Origin: Gemmatimonadota bacterium
GTDB lineage: Bacteria > Gemmatimonadota > Gemmatimonadetes > Gemmatimonadales > GWC2-71-9
DNA: 64,000 nucleotides
Reading direction: 5' to 3'
Assembly (NCBI GenBank): GCA_036679645.1
Contig: JAZDCY010000015.1
Location: forward strand, 32,001 to 96,000
Of this stretch, positions 1 through 9,771 are shown in pieces. Position 1 is the first letter of the stretch. Every line of letters starts with the position of its first letter. The notes beneath the pieces are model-generated. The model was not told the origin of the DNA and ran no database searches. It worked only from the letters and a program-made list of their open reading frames with translations. A program made the translations under genes and the position numbers.

Positions 1-1
1 C

Positions 2-337
2 GGGGAAGACGAGGACAGCATCCGGACGCGCGGTGAGGCCCTCATGGGGCAGCTCACCGACCTCGAGGAGGCGCTGGTGCAGCCGGACCAGAAGACTTTC
101 CAAGACGTGATCAACTTCCCCAACCGGCTCAACGCCAACTTGATTTATCTGGCCGGAGCGGTCTCGGGTCCGGACCCTCGAATCTCTGCGGGCGCCCGTG
201 AGCGGTTGGACGATCTCTCCGCCGAGTGGGCTCTGTCTCAGGAGACGTTTCGCGATGCGCTTCATCGGCTTGCGGAGTGGAACGGTCTTGTCCGCGACGC
301 TGGGATCCCGGCGGTGACAGTGACGCCCCCGAACTAG
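2..337 (+). CDS. C-terminal end (5' partial) of a probable large secreted VPS10/BNR-repeat glycosyl-hydrolase-like protein
   Basis: Frame is open from the window start; LVQPDQKTFQDVINFPNRLNANLIYL...GARERLDDLSAEW resembles the helical C-terminus of this family (recalled similarity, not searched). Confidence 0.55.
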   Translation, partial: GEDEDSIRTRGEALMGQLTDLEEALVQPDQKTFQDVINFPNRLNANLIYLAGAVSGPDPRISAGARERLDDLSAEWALSQETFRDALHRLAEWNGLVRDAGIPAVTVTPPN

Positions 338-543
338 GGGCACGCACGTCGTGGCCCGCGAGGGATTCCGGACGTCGCTCGGCCCATAGCGTTCTAAGAA
401 GCTCCCGCCAGCGCCGGCGACCCACCTCGTTGTGCTCTGCTGGAGGGGGATCGTTTGGCGCGCAAGCAGTGTATCTTGCGAGGTCTTTCTTTAGATTCTG
501 CGCCCATTCCGGGCAGCCAGCCACACTTTGGACAGAGGACGGT

Positions 544-2940
544 ATGAGACAGGTTCGGACGGCTTTGCTCGCGGCGGCAGCCGCGCTACTCGTTGCGAAA
601 TCGGCCGCGGCACAGACCTACGCCGATGCGCCTCGGGCGATGGCGGGATATGGGCGTGCGGTGGCCGTTGCGGGCCGCGACGTGATTGCTACCGAGGCGC
701 TCAACGCGGGTCGTCCCGGTGTCATCTTCGTCTATCGCAAGCAGGGAGACCAGTGGGTCGAGGTCGCTCAGCTCACCGCGTCCGATGCGACCGCCGGCGA
801 TCGGTTCGGCCGGGCGGTTGCGGTGGACGGCAACACCATGGTGGCGGGCGCGACGACGGCCAATCAATCGATCGGTGCGGCGTACATCCTGAACCGAGAC
901 GACGCCGGCCGGTGGGCCGAGGTGGCCCGGCTCGCGGCAGGCGACGGGGTTGAGGGCGATGCGCTTGGCCGCGCGGTGGCAATCGACGGTGATTGGGCGT
1001 TCGTGGCGTCGGTGGCGAACAACCAGGCTGCGGGCGCGGTGTACGTCTTTCGGCGTTCCGGATCGTCGTGGGCGGAGCACTCGAAGCTCACGGGTGATAG
1101 CCTGAGCGCCGGCGATTTCTTCGGCATCTCCCTCTCGGCGTCGGATGGCTGGTTGGTCGTTGGGGCGCCGCGCCACGACAGCCGTAAGGGCGCGGCGTAC
1201 GTGTTCCGGTACGATGACGACAGCGACCAGTGGACGCAGACCGCCACGCTCGCGGGTACCGGTGTCGAGAACAACCACCAGTTCGGGACCGTCGTGCTGA
1301 CCGAAGGTGGCCGCGCAATGGTGAGCGCGCCCTTTGCCAATCAGTTCGCGGGCGTCGTGCACTCCTTCCGCTACGACGACGACCAGGCGGAATGGACCGA
1401 AGTCGGGCAGCTCGCGGCGTTCGACGGCGGCGGGCAACACCGGTTCGGCTCCACGATGGCGCACGCCGGTATGGAGTTGTGGGTGGGCGCGCCCGGCGCC
1501 TCGCGCTTCGAGGGACGGGTCTACGCTTTTATGCACGATCCCGAGGCGGGTGAACTCACCGCCAGCATCAAGATCGGTAGCGACCTGTCAGCGCGGGACT
1601 TCTTCGGGGGATCCATCGCGCTGGGAGAGGATGTCGCGGTCGTGGGTGTTCGGGGCGACGACTACGGCGAGGGAACCGCAATCATCTACGAGCGCGAGGG
1701 CCCAGGTCATTGGAAGCGGGCCGCCAAGGTGTTCAGCGAGAGTACCGGGCTCGATCCCATCGTCGGCGGAGAGGTGCAGTGTGCCGGTGGTGTGGCCGCG
1801 CAGTTCGATTGCGGGCAGGTCGATATGGTCGCGTTCCTCCCGGTCTCCGCAATCGGCGGCAGCAGGGGCGTTCGTGTGAACGACGTGTGGGGCTGGACCG
1901 ATACCGAGACGGGTCACGAGTACGCTCTCGTCGGCCGGCTCGACGGTGCGGCATTCGTCGACGTGACCGACGCCGCGAATCCCGTCTTCGTCGGTGACCT
2001 GCCTCGCACCGAAGGCTCACCCGGCTCGACGTGGCGGGACATCAAGGTCTACCAGAATCACGCGTTCATCGTCGCCGATGGCGCCGGTCAGCACGGGATG
2101 CAGGTGTTCGACCTCACGCGGCTGCGCAACGTGGTGGGCGCGCCGGTGACGTTCGATGAGGACGCGCACTACGACGGGATCGCGAGCGCGCACAATATCG
2201 TCATCAATGAGGAGAGCGGGTTTGCCTATGCGGTAGGCAGCCGTTCGGGTGGTGAGACATGTGGCGGGGGACTCCACATGATCAACATCCAGGAACCCAC
2301 CCGGCCCACGTTTGCGGGGTGCTTTGCGGATCCGGAGACGGGTCGGCGCAGCACGGGATACACCCATGACGCGCAGTGCGTCACCTATTCCGGGCCCGAT
2401 GCCGATCACGCCGGTAGCGAGATCTGCTTTGGCGCAAACGAGACGGCGCTCTCCATCGCGGATGTCACCGACAAGGAACACCCCGTCGCCCTGTCCAGCG
2501 CCTCGTACCCGAACGTCGGGTACACGCACCAGGGGTGGCTCACCGAAGATCAGCGTTACTTCTTCATGAACGATGAGTTGGATGAGTTGCAGGGGAAGGT
2601 TGAGTTCACGCGCACGCTCATCTGGGACGTCACCGATCTCGACGATCCGGTCTTGCTCAAGGAGCACTTCGGCACGCAGCGCTCGACCGATCACAACTTG
2701 TACATCCGGGGCAACCTGATGTACCAGTCGAATTACGTGAGCGGGTTGCGGGTACTCGACATCAGCGATGTCGAGAATCCCGTCGAGGTTGGCTACTTCG
2801 ACACGGTACCCTATGGCGACAACAGCGCCGGTTTCGGCGGCTCGTGGAGTAATTATCCGTTCTTTGCGAGCGGCGTAGTCGTGGTGACGAGCGGGCAGGA
2901 AGGGCTCTTCATTCTGAAGAAGAGAGAACTGGTCCCGTAG
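544..2940 (+). CDS. Secreted FG-GAP repeat + choice-of-anchor B domain protein
   Basis: ATG 544 after AGAGGA; signal peptide MRQVRTALLAAAAALLVAKSAAA; FG-GAP repeats (DRFGRAVAVDG, FFGISLS, GAAYVF); choice-of-anchor B motifs YTHDAQC, YTHQGW, NDELDE, DHNLY. Confidence 0.85.
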   Translation: MRQVRTALLAAAAALLVAKSAAAQTYADAPRAMAGYGRAVAVAGRDVIATEALNAGRPGVIFVYRKQGDQWVEVAQLTASDATAGDRFGRAVAVDGNTMVAGATTANQSIGAAYILNRDDAGRWAEVARLAAGDGVEGDALGRAVAIDGDWAFVASVANNQAAGAVYVFRRSGSSWAEHSKLTGDSLSAGDFFGISLSASDGWLVVGAPRHDSRKGAAYVFRYDDDSDQWTQTATLAGTGVENNHQFGTVVLTEGGRAMVSAPFANQFAGVVHSFRYDDDQAEWTEVGQLAAFDGGGQHRFGSTMAHAGMELWVGAPGASRFEGRVYAFMHDPEAGELTASIKIGSDLSARDFFGGSIALGEDVAVVGVRGDDYGEGTAIIYEREGPGHWKRAAKVFSESTGLDPIVGGEVQCAGGVAAQFDCGQVDMVAFLPVSAIGGSRGVRVNDVWGWTDTETGHEYALVGRLDGAAFVDVTDAANPVFVGDLPRTEGSPGSTWRDIKVYQNHAFIVADGAGQHGMQVFDLTRLRNVVGAPVTFDEDAHYDGIASAHNIVINEESGFAYAVGSRSGGETCGGGLHMINIQEPTRPTFAGCFADPETGRRSTGYTHDAQCVTYSGPDADHAGSEICFGANETALSIADVTDKEHPVALSSASYPNVGYTHQGWLTEDQRYFFMNDELDELQGKVEFTRTLIWDVTDLDDPVLLKEHFGTQRSTDHNLYIRGNLMYQSNYVSGLRVLDISDVENPVEVGYFDTVPYGDNSAGFGGSWSNYPFFASGVVVVTSGQEGLFILKKRELVP

Positions 2941-2955
2941 CTGCTGACGCGACAG

Positions 2956-4824
2956 ATGCGGCATCCATCTCGCAGCCTGTTGTCGGCTGCCGTTTCGGTG
3001 GTGCGCCTCGCCGCTGTCTTCCTGACGGCGACGAGTTGCGCAACCCAGACCGGTCGAATGCCCGACAGCCCGACCGCCGCGCGAGGAATACCTTCGTTCG
3101 TGCGGCGACTCGCACCATTTCCCGTCGAACGTCCCGATGGCGTGGCCTACAGCAATCCGTTCATCGGCGGTCTGAACGTGCCGCGGCCGCAGTTCGTCGA
3201 CATCGATCAGGACGGCGACTTCGACCTGTTTCTCCAGGAACGGTCGGGCGAGATCATGTTCTTCGAAAACGTGGGGACCGGGACACGCCCCGAGTATCTG
3301 TGGCGCTCGGACCGGTTTGGCAATATCGCGGTGGGCGAGTGGTATCGTTTTGTCGATATGGACGGGGACGGCGACTACGATCTGCTCGCCGAGGAGCGGT
3401 TCAGCCATATCCGCTACTATCGCAATGACGGCCGGCCGGGCGCGCCCGCTTTCACGCTCGCCGCCGACACGCTGCGCGATGCGGCGGGACAACCGTTGTT
3501 CTCGGATCGCCAGAACATCCCGAACGTCACGGACATCGATTGCGACGGCAGGCTCGATCTGTTCATTGGCCGGCTGGTGGGGACGGTGAGCCGCTACGAG
3601 GTGGTGACGACCGACGAGGCCGGCGTTCCGCGATTTGAATTGGTCACTGACCGGTTCGAGGATATCGAGATCATAGCACAGATCGGATCCCTTCACGGCG
3701 CGAATACGTTGACGTTCGCAGATGTCGATGCAGACGGCGACCAGGACCTGTTCTGGGGTGATTTCTTCGAGCCAGGGTTGCTGTTCATAGAAAATACGGG
3801 CCCAAACTGTGCGACGCCCGTCCTACGCGGCGAACCGGTGCCGTTCCCTGAGTCGAATCCGCTCGCGACGAGCGGATACAACGCGCCCACCTTTGCCGAC
3901 GTCGATGGCGACGGCGATCCGGATTTGCTCGTTGGGGTGATCGGCGGTGCCTACAACGCCAACCGCACGGCCGCCGACAACATGAACTTCTACGAGCAGT
4001 TGTCAGACGGGGACTTCGTCCTGCGGTCCGACCGATACGTCGGTGGCGTGGACATCGGTAGCGAGAGCGTTCCGGTCTTCATCGACGACGACGGAGACGG
4101 CGATCAGGACATGTGGCTTGGCAACAAGATCCAACCCGATGATCCGCGGACCGCACGCCTCTACCGTTTCGAGAATATCGGATCGCCGACGGCACCCGCG
4201 TTCTGGCTCACCGATACACTCGAGCTGTCGGGCACGTACCACCTGCTGCCGGCGTTCGGCGACCTCGACGGTGATGGCGACCGCGACATGGTACTCGGTT
4301 CCTGGAAGGCCGACGTTGCGTACTACCGGAACGAGGGATACAACGGCGTTGCCCGGTTCACGTTGGTGGATTCGTCGATGGTGAAACTCACACGCGGGAG
4401 CAATACAGCGCCCGCGCTGGTGGACATCGACGCCGACGGCGATCTGGATCTGTTCATTGGGGAGGCGTCCGGTACTCTGAACTTCTATCGCAACGAAGGA
4501 ACCGCATTGGCACCGCAGTTTGTGCTCGTGAGCGACCGCTATCTGGACATCGATGTGGGACGACGGAGTTTCCCGGTATTCGTCGATCTCGATCGCGATG
4601 GCGACCAGGATCTCATACTCGGCAGGGAAGCCGGAGTGATTGCCTACTACAGGAACGACGGGACACCGCAAGTTCCACGGTTCGTTGCTGACTCGGGATT
4701 CGCGCTCGAGTTGGATGGGTACTCGATGCCGGCGTTCGTGGACCTGGACGGCGACGGAGATCTGGATGTGGTGAGTGGCGGGGCCGGGGGCGGTCTGCTG
4801 TACTTCGAGAATCAACGGAGATAA
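2956..4824 (+). CDS. FG-GAP/VCBS repeat lipoprotein
   Basis: Lipobox-like ATSC; many DxDGDGDxDL Ca-binding repeats each followed by YYRNxG. Confidence 0.85.
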   Translation: MRHPSRSLLSAAVSVVRLAAVFLTATSCATQTGRMPDSPTAARGIPSFVRRLAPFPVERPDGVAYSNPFIGGLNVPRPQFVDIDQDGDFDLFLQERSGEIMFFENVGTGTRPEYLWRSDRFGNIAVGEWYRFVDMDGDGDYDLLAEERFSHIRYYRNDGRPGAPAFTLAADTLRDAAGQPLFSDRQNIPNVTDIDCDGRLDLFIGRLVGTVSRYEVVTTDEAGVPRFELVTDRFEDIEIIAQIGSLHGANTLTFADVDADGDQDLFWGDFFEPGLLFIENTGPNCATPVLRGEPVPFPESNPLATSGYNAPTFADVDGDGDPDLLVGVIGGAYNANRTAADNMNFYEQLSDGDFVLRSDRYVGGVDIGSESVPVFIDDDGDGDQDMWLGNKIQPDDPRTARLYRFENIGSPTAPAFWLTDTLELSGTYHLLPAFGDLDGDGDRDMVLGSWKADVAYYRNEGYNGVARFTLVDSSMVKLTRGSNTAPALVDIDADGDLDLFIGEASGTLNFYRNEGTALAPQFVLVSDRYLDIDVGRRSFPVFVDLDRDGDQDLILGREAGVIAYYRNDGTPQVPRFVADSGFALELDGYSMPAFVDLDGDGDLDVVSGGAGGGLLYFENQRR

Positions 4825-5849
4825 GGGAAACGAGCACGCCGTTCGTCCCGGCTTGGTGGCTACCGGGCGCGCACGCGCAGACGGTAGGGGCGCGGCTCAC
4901 GCGGACCCGGCGAGGCGTCACGCTGACACGGGAACGCCTCGATCTGCCCGACGGCGATTTCGTGGATCTCGATTGGGCGGAAATCGCGTCTGAGCGGCCT
5001 TCAGGCCTGGTGCTGGTTCTTCATGGTCTCGAAGGATCGGCGCGGTCAAAATACGCGTTCGAGATCTACCGGCAGCTGACACGTCGCGGGGTGGCGGCGG
5101 TGGGGCTGAACTTCCGCTCGTGCAGCGGCGAGTTGAATCGCGGACGTCGTCTGTACCACTCTGGGGAGACCGAGGACATGCGGTACGTGCTGCGTGTGCT
5201 CAGGGAGCGATTCCCCGATAGACCAATTGGAGCCGTAGGTGTCTCGTTGGGTGGGAACGTGCTGCTCAAGTATCTCGGTGAAGAGGGTCGCGGGGCGGGG
5301 GTGGGGGCGGACGGCTCCGGGGTGATCCCTATGGCCGCTGCGGCCATCTCGGTGCCGTACGATCTGTCGGCGGGTGCCGACTACCTCGAACGCGGTTTCG
5401 CCCGCGTTTACGTGGGGCGGCTGTTGCGTTCGCTCAAGGCCAAGGTGCGCGCGCGCGTTGACGAGCTGGGATCGCTGCTGGACGTCCCTCGTTCACTCGC
5501 GTCGCGCACATTTTGGGAATTTGACGATGCCGCAACGGCTCCACTCCACGGGTTCGCGTCCGCCAAGGAGTACTATCAGCGGTCGAGTTCCAATCAGTTC
5601 CTGGCCGACATCACGATTCCCACGCGACTGATCCACGCGGCCGACGATCCGTTCCTGCCGGCGACCGCTCTTCCGCACGATGCCATCCGTGCCAACGCGC
5701 TGCTCGACGCGCACTTCACGGAACGCGGTGGGCACGTGGGGTTCGTGACGGGGCATCCATGGTCGCGTCGCTATTGGGCGGAAGAGATGGCGGTGACATT
5801 CGTCTCATCACACCTCACCGCGTCGCTCGCCGCGCAGCCGGGCTCATGA
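4821..5849 (+). CDS. YheT-family alpha/beta hydrolase (start uncertain; possibly ATA at 4821)
   Basis: HGLEGS, NFRSCSGE, YHSGETED, GVSLGG nucleophile elbow, DDPF, GGHVGF. The family N-terminus (PFVPAWWLPGAHAQT...RERLDLPDGDFVDLDW) lies in frame upstream of the track start at 4962. Confidence 0.8.
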   Translation: MRETSTPFVPAWWLPGAHAQTVGARLTRTRRGVTLTRERLDLPDGDFVDLDWAEIASERPSGLVLVLHGLEGSARSKYAFEIYRQLTRRGVAAVGLNFRSCSGELNRGRRLYHSGETEDMRYVLRVLRERFPDRPIGAVGVSLGGNVLLKYLGEEGRGAGVGADGSGVIPMAAAAISVPYDLSAGADYLERGFARVYVGRLLRSLKAKVRARVDELGSLLDVPRSLASRTFWEFDDAATAPLHGFASAKEYYQRSSSNQFLADITIPTRLIHAADDPFLPATALPHDAIRANALLDAHFTERGGHVGFVTGHPWSRRYWAEEMAVTFVSSHLTASLAAQPGS

Positions 5850-6163
5850 CCGATCCACCGGTCCCCATCGCCATCCACCGCACCGACGACGCGATTACCA
5901 TTACGTGGCAGGAGGGACACACAGGTGTCTATCCGGCGCGCGACCTCCGACTGGCGTGCCAGTGCGCAGCATGCAAGGAGGAGATGACGGGCCGAGCGCT
6001 GCTCGATCCCGCGACTCTTCCCGAGGAGATCGCACCGCTCAAGGTGGAGCTGGTTGGGGCGTACGCAATCAAGTTCGCGTGGAGCGACGGTCACGATACG
6101 GGGATCTATACGTATGAGTACTTGAGGGCGATTTGTCCTTGCGGGTGTCGGGGTGATGATTAG
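5846..6163 (+). CDS. DUF971 / gamma-butyrobetaine hydroxylase N-terminal-like protein
   Basis: ATGA overlap with the upstream stop; ITWQEGH...LRLACQCAAC...VGAYAIKFAWSDGHDTGIYTYEYL. Confidence 0.85.
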   Translation: MTDPPVPIAIHRTDDAITITWQEGHTGVYPARDLRLACQCAACKEEMTGRALLDPATLPEEIAPLKVELVGAYAIKFAWSDGHDTGIYTYEYLRAICPCGCRGDD

Positions 6164-6179
6164 TGATGTGAGAATACTT

Positions 6180-6249
6180 ATTGGCGATTACTGATTTGGC
6201 CGCGCACGCCAATCTCCAATCGCTAATCACCAATCAGTAATCACAAATC
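6180..6249. repeat. Heptamer tandem/inverted repeat patch (GATTGGC/CCAATC type)
   Basis: attggcgattactgatttgg ... ccaatctccaatcgctaatcaccaatcagtaatcacaaatc. Confidence 0.7.
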
Positions 6250-7317
6250 GTGAGAGGCAGCGTGATACACGAACTGATCGAAGGCTGGGATGGGATGGGG
6301 GTCGTGACGTCGCACGATGCCGATACGGGCACGTGGTTCTTCATTGCGCTCCATGACACGACGCTCGGGCCGGCCGTCGGCGGGACCCGCATGAAGGTGT
6401 ATGACTCGCCGGACGACGGTCTCCGTGACGCCATGCGTCTGGGCGAGGGCATGACCTACAAGTGGGCGGGTGTGGGCATCGAGTTCGGCGGGGGCAAAGG
6501 CGTGATCGCCTTGTCGCGTCCGCTGTCCGACGGCGAGCGCGCCGCCGTGCTCAAGCGGTACGGTAGGTTGATCGCTTCGCTGCGCGGCAGTTTCCAGACG
6601 GGACAGGATCTGGGCACGACACCCGAAGACATGGTGGCGATCGCGCGTGAGGCGAAATTCGTGCATGGCATCGATCGGGAAGCGTGGACGGCCCTGGATC
6701 CGGGACCCTACACCGCGCTGGGTGTGTTCGTTGGTATCCGCGCTGCCGTCAAACATGTCTTTGGATCGGACGATCTCACGGGGAAGAGCGTGCTCATCCA
6801 GGGTGCGGGTGACGTCGGCGCGCCTTTGGCCCGACAGCTGCGCGATGCCGGAGCCAAGGTTCTGGTGACTGACATCGACAGCGCTCGCGAGGAGGCGTTG
6901 GCGCAGGAGGTGGATGGTCCGGTCGTCGATCCTGCCCAGGTTTACGAGACCCCCTGCGACGTGTACGCGCCGTGTGCGATCGGAGCGACGGTCAATGCCG
7001 AGACCATTCCGCTACTGGCGTGCCGCATCGTCGCGGGGTCGGCCAACAATCAACTGGCGGAAGCCGAGGACGCCGCGCGACTGCACGCACGCGGGATTCT
7101 GTATGCTCCGGACTACATCATCAATGGTGGTGGGGCGGCGGCCTTTGGGATGATGGCACACGGCACGACGGACGACACGGCGTTGTTCGCTCGGTGCGAG
7201 CAGATAGGCGAGGTACTCGCTGAGATCTTCGATGAAGCCGCCGAGCGAGACGAGTCGCCGCTGAACGCGGCGCGACGGCGGGTGGATCGGGTCCTACGAG
7301 TTGAGATTGGAGATTAG
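6250..7317 (+). CDS. Leu/Phe/Val (ELFV family) amino-acid dehydrogenase
   Basis: IALHDTTLGPAVGGTR, GMTYK, GGGKGVI, GQDLGT, IQGAGDVG, PCAIG, GSANNQL, YAPDYIINGGG. Confidence 0.92.
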   Translation: MRGSVIHELIEGWDGMGVVTSHDADTGTWFFIALHDTTLGPAVGGTRMKVYDSPDDGLRDAMRLGEGMTYKWAGVGIEFGGGKGVIALSRPLSDGERAAVLKRYGRLIASLRGSFQTGQDLGTTPEDMVAIAREAKFVHGIDREAWTALDPGPYTALGVFVGIRAAVKHVFGSDDLTGKSVLIQGAGDVGAPLARQLRDAGAKVLVTDIDSAREEALAQEVDGPVVDPAQVYETPCDVYAPCAIGATVNAETIPLLACRIVAGSANNQLAEAEDAARLHARGILYAPDYIINGGGAAAFGMMAHGTTDDTALFARCEQIGEVLAEIFDEAAERDESPLNAARRRVDRVLRVEIGD

Positions 7318-7452
7318 AGATTGGAGATTGCTGTCGAGAGTGGTGTTCCCCAGAATGATGGACGTCTCTTATCTCGGTGTCCACCAAACCGCGGGAGGCT
7401 CAAGAGGCAGAGCAATCGCCAATCACTAATCTCCAATCAGTAATCTAGAATC
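7303..7452. repeat. Heptamer tandem repeats in inverted orientation
   Basis: gagattggagattagagattggagattg at 7303-7330 and caatcgccaatcactaatctccaatcagtaatc at ~7413-7446. Confidence 0.7.
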
Positions 7453-7511
7453 GTCCGTCCTGCTCCCCTAGCGCGACCCCGCTGGTGCTAGGTAGCTTGT
7501 GGTGGCTCGAC

Positions 7512-8537
7512 ATGGCCCCACGAGACACCTACGGGCGCCCGCATGGCGCCCTCAGGATATCCGTCACCGATCGGTGCAACCTCAGGTGTGCTTACTGCAT
7601 GCCTGAGGATGACTACGTCTGGCTCCCCCGGCAGTCCATTCTCTCGTTCGAAGAGATCGAGCGGCTGACGCGCGTATTCACGGCACAGGGCGTCAGCAAG
7701 ATCCGCTTGACCGGTGGGGAACCTCTCCTGCGCAGTGACCTCCCCGCGCTCGTGCGCCGGCTCGCCGCGCTTCCCGGCGTCAAAGACCTTGCCCTGACGA
7801 CGAATGCGGTCTTGCTGGAGCGGTATGCCGCGGACCTGCGCGCTGCGGGTCTTCACCGCATTACGGTCAGTCTGGATACGCTGCGGCCCGAACGGTATCG
7901 CGACATGGTGCGCGCCGATCGGCTCGATCAGGCGCTCCGTGGGATCGAGGTGGCCCGCGAGGCAGGGTTCGGCCCAATGAAGTTGAACATGGTTGTGGTG
8001 CGTGGGGTGAACGACGACGAGATGGTCGACATACTAGGGTTCGGCGCGGCGCGTGGCATCGAGGTGCGTTACATCGAATACATGGATGTAGGCGGGGCCA
8101 CTCGCTGGACCTCCGATCTCGTCGTGTCGCGTGCCGATATGCTCGAGCGGTTGTCGGCGGCGCACGGTACGATCGTCGAAGAGGTCCGGGACCACCCTGC
8201 GGCACCAGCCGACCGGTTCAGGCTTCCAGATGGCACGGTGTTCGGCATTGTCGCATCAACGACCCAGCCGTTCTGTCGCACGTGCGATCGCAGCCGGCTC
8301 ACCGCCGACGGGACGTGGTTCCTCTGTCTGTACGCCACCGACGGCGTGGATCTGAAGGAGCTGATGCGTGGCGGTGCGACCGACGCGGAGATCACGGATG
8401 TCATCTCGCGTACATGGGGCGCGCGGACCGACCGCGGCGCCGAGGAGCGGGCGGCCGTGACCGATCGTGCAGCGTTGTATCAGATCGAGGGCCTGCGTGC
8501 GAATCCGCATCGTGAGATGCATACCCGAGGAGGCTGA
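7512..8537 (+). CDS. moaA: GTP 3',8-cyclase MoaA (radical SAM)
   Basis: LRISVTDRCNLRCAYCMP, RLTGGEPLLR, RYIEYMDVG, PFCRTCDRSRLTADG...CL, C-terminal GG. Confidence 0.96.
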   Translation: MAPRDTYGRPHGALRISVTDRCNLRCAYCMPEDDYVWLPRQSILSFEEIERLTRVFTAQGVSKIRLTGGEPLLRSDLPALVRRLAALPGVKDLALTTNAVLLERYAADLRAAGLHRITVSLDTLRPERYRDMVRADRLDQALRGIEVAREAGFGPMKLNMVVVRGVNDDEMVDILGFGAARGIEVRYIEYMDVGGATRWTSDLVVSRADMLERLSAAHGTIVEEVRDHPAAPADRFRLPDGTVFGIVASTTQPFCRTCDRSRLTADGTWFLCLYATDGVDLKELMRGGATDAEITDVISRTWGARTDRGAEERAAVTDRAALYQIEGLRANPHREMHTRGG

Positions 8538-8559
8538 GATGGAGTTCGGGGAGCCTGAC

Positions 8560-8664
8560 GATTTGAGATTACTGATTGGAGATTCGAGATTGCGCATTGC
8601 TAGCCGGCGTAGGCCCGGCGCACCCGTTCTGCAATCTGCAATCTGCAATCTGAAATCTGCAATT
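8560..8664. repeat. Heptamer tandem repeats in inverted orientation
   Basis: gatttgagattactgattggagattcgagattgc ... ctgcaatctgcaatctgcaatctgaaatctgcaatt. Confidence 0.75.
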
Positions 8665-8685
8665 GTTGGGTCCCGCTGGGCCGTC

Positions 8686-9771
8686 ATGCTCGTGGTCGCG
8701 GCACTCGCCTCGGGATGCGGCGCCAAGGGTCCTCCTCCAGACTTCGCCCCCGATCCCGGTCTCATCTCTCACATTACGTCGGTTCAGATGTTCGTACCCG
8801 AGACCGCGTGTCCGGGACAAACGATCCGTGCCAGTTACACGGCGCTGCTCGATGATGGACGCACGATTCCCTTTGCGACGCGATACGACGAGGACGATCC
8901 GCCCGAGCTGCACGTCGTCTTTCTGAGTCGCTACAGCGCCAATGCCGCTGCCCTCGAGAACGGCAACTGGGATGCCATCGACGATCCCCTCTTCAGCGCG
9001 ATGGAGGGGTTCCCGTTACGGGCCGCGCTGCGCGCGAAGCCGGATGTGGTGGCGTCGGTCATCGTCAGGCCCAACTACGGATGCACGAATAACGTCTATC
9101 GATTCGAAGGAGCGCGTGGGCGCCGGGGCGGTGCCGGTGGGCCGGGGCCGGATGTCACGGTGCGGATGGCAGTGGTGTCATCGCCGTTCTACGATCGCCT
9201 GATCGTGGCGGGCATCCAGGTCGAGGCGGCGCCGCCCTTCTACCTGTTCGCCGACGCGAATGCAGTGCCGCCGGCCGACTGGCTCGTTGTGGGCTCGCGC
9301 GGTGGTCGTGGTGGCCGCGGGCGGAACGGCGAGGACGGCGAGCCGGGCGCGGATGGTCGTGCGGGATGTCCCGGCGGTCCCGGTGGTGCCGGCGGTGCAG
9401 GTGACAATGGTGCCCCGGGTGGCCCCGGGGGACGTGGTGGGCGGGTCACCGTCATCGTCCCCGAAGGCGAACCGTTCCTCGCCGGCCTGGTCGAGGGGCG
9501 TGTGTCGGGTGGCGAGGGCGGGGCGGGAGGAAACGCGGGTGACGGGGGAGCCGGCGGCGAGGGTGGCAAGGTCGCGGGGGATGCGCGCCGCTGCTCCGCC
9601 GGCGCCGATGGCGCGAACGGTCCCGATGGCAGTGACGGTCCGGAGGGGCCCGACGGACTGCCGGGACCACGCATGCAGGTGATCACAGTGCCTCAGGCGG
9701 ATGTGTTCGGCGCTCGTGCGCCGGCCGCTCTGCGGGCACTCATCAACTATGAAAGAGGGAACGACCGTTGA
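8686..9771 (+). CDS. Hypothetical lipoprotein with Gly-rich / collagen-like (G-X-Y) segments
   Basis: Lipobox LASGC after a hydrophobic stretch; GRGGRGRNGEDGEPGADG, GPDGSDGPEGPDGLPGP. Exact start uncertain. Confidence 0.7.
   Translation: MLVVAALASGCGAKGPPPDFAPDPGLISHITSVQMFVPETACPGQTIRASYTALLDDGRTIPFATRYDEDDPPELHVVFLSRYSANAAALENGNWDAIDDPLFSAMEGFPLRAALRAKPDVVASVIVRPNYGCTNNVYRFEGARGRRGGAGGPGPDVTVRMAVVSSPFYDRLIVAGIQVEAAPPFYLFADANAVPPADWLVVGSRGGRGGRGRNGEDGEPGADGRAGCPGGPGGAGGAGDNGAPGGPGGRGGRVTVIVPEGEPFLAGLVEGRVSGGEGGAGGNAGDGGAGGEGGKVAGDARRCSAGADGANGPDGSDGPEGPDGLPGPRMQVITVPQADVFGARAPAALRALINYERGNDR

Noticed and set aside
226..543. Long N-terminal extensions in the ORF track (226, 8467, 17591, 20304, 25968, 44846, 51271)
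   Set aside because: They translate intergenic repeats or the previous gene; signal peptides and paralogue alignment place the starts downstream.
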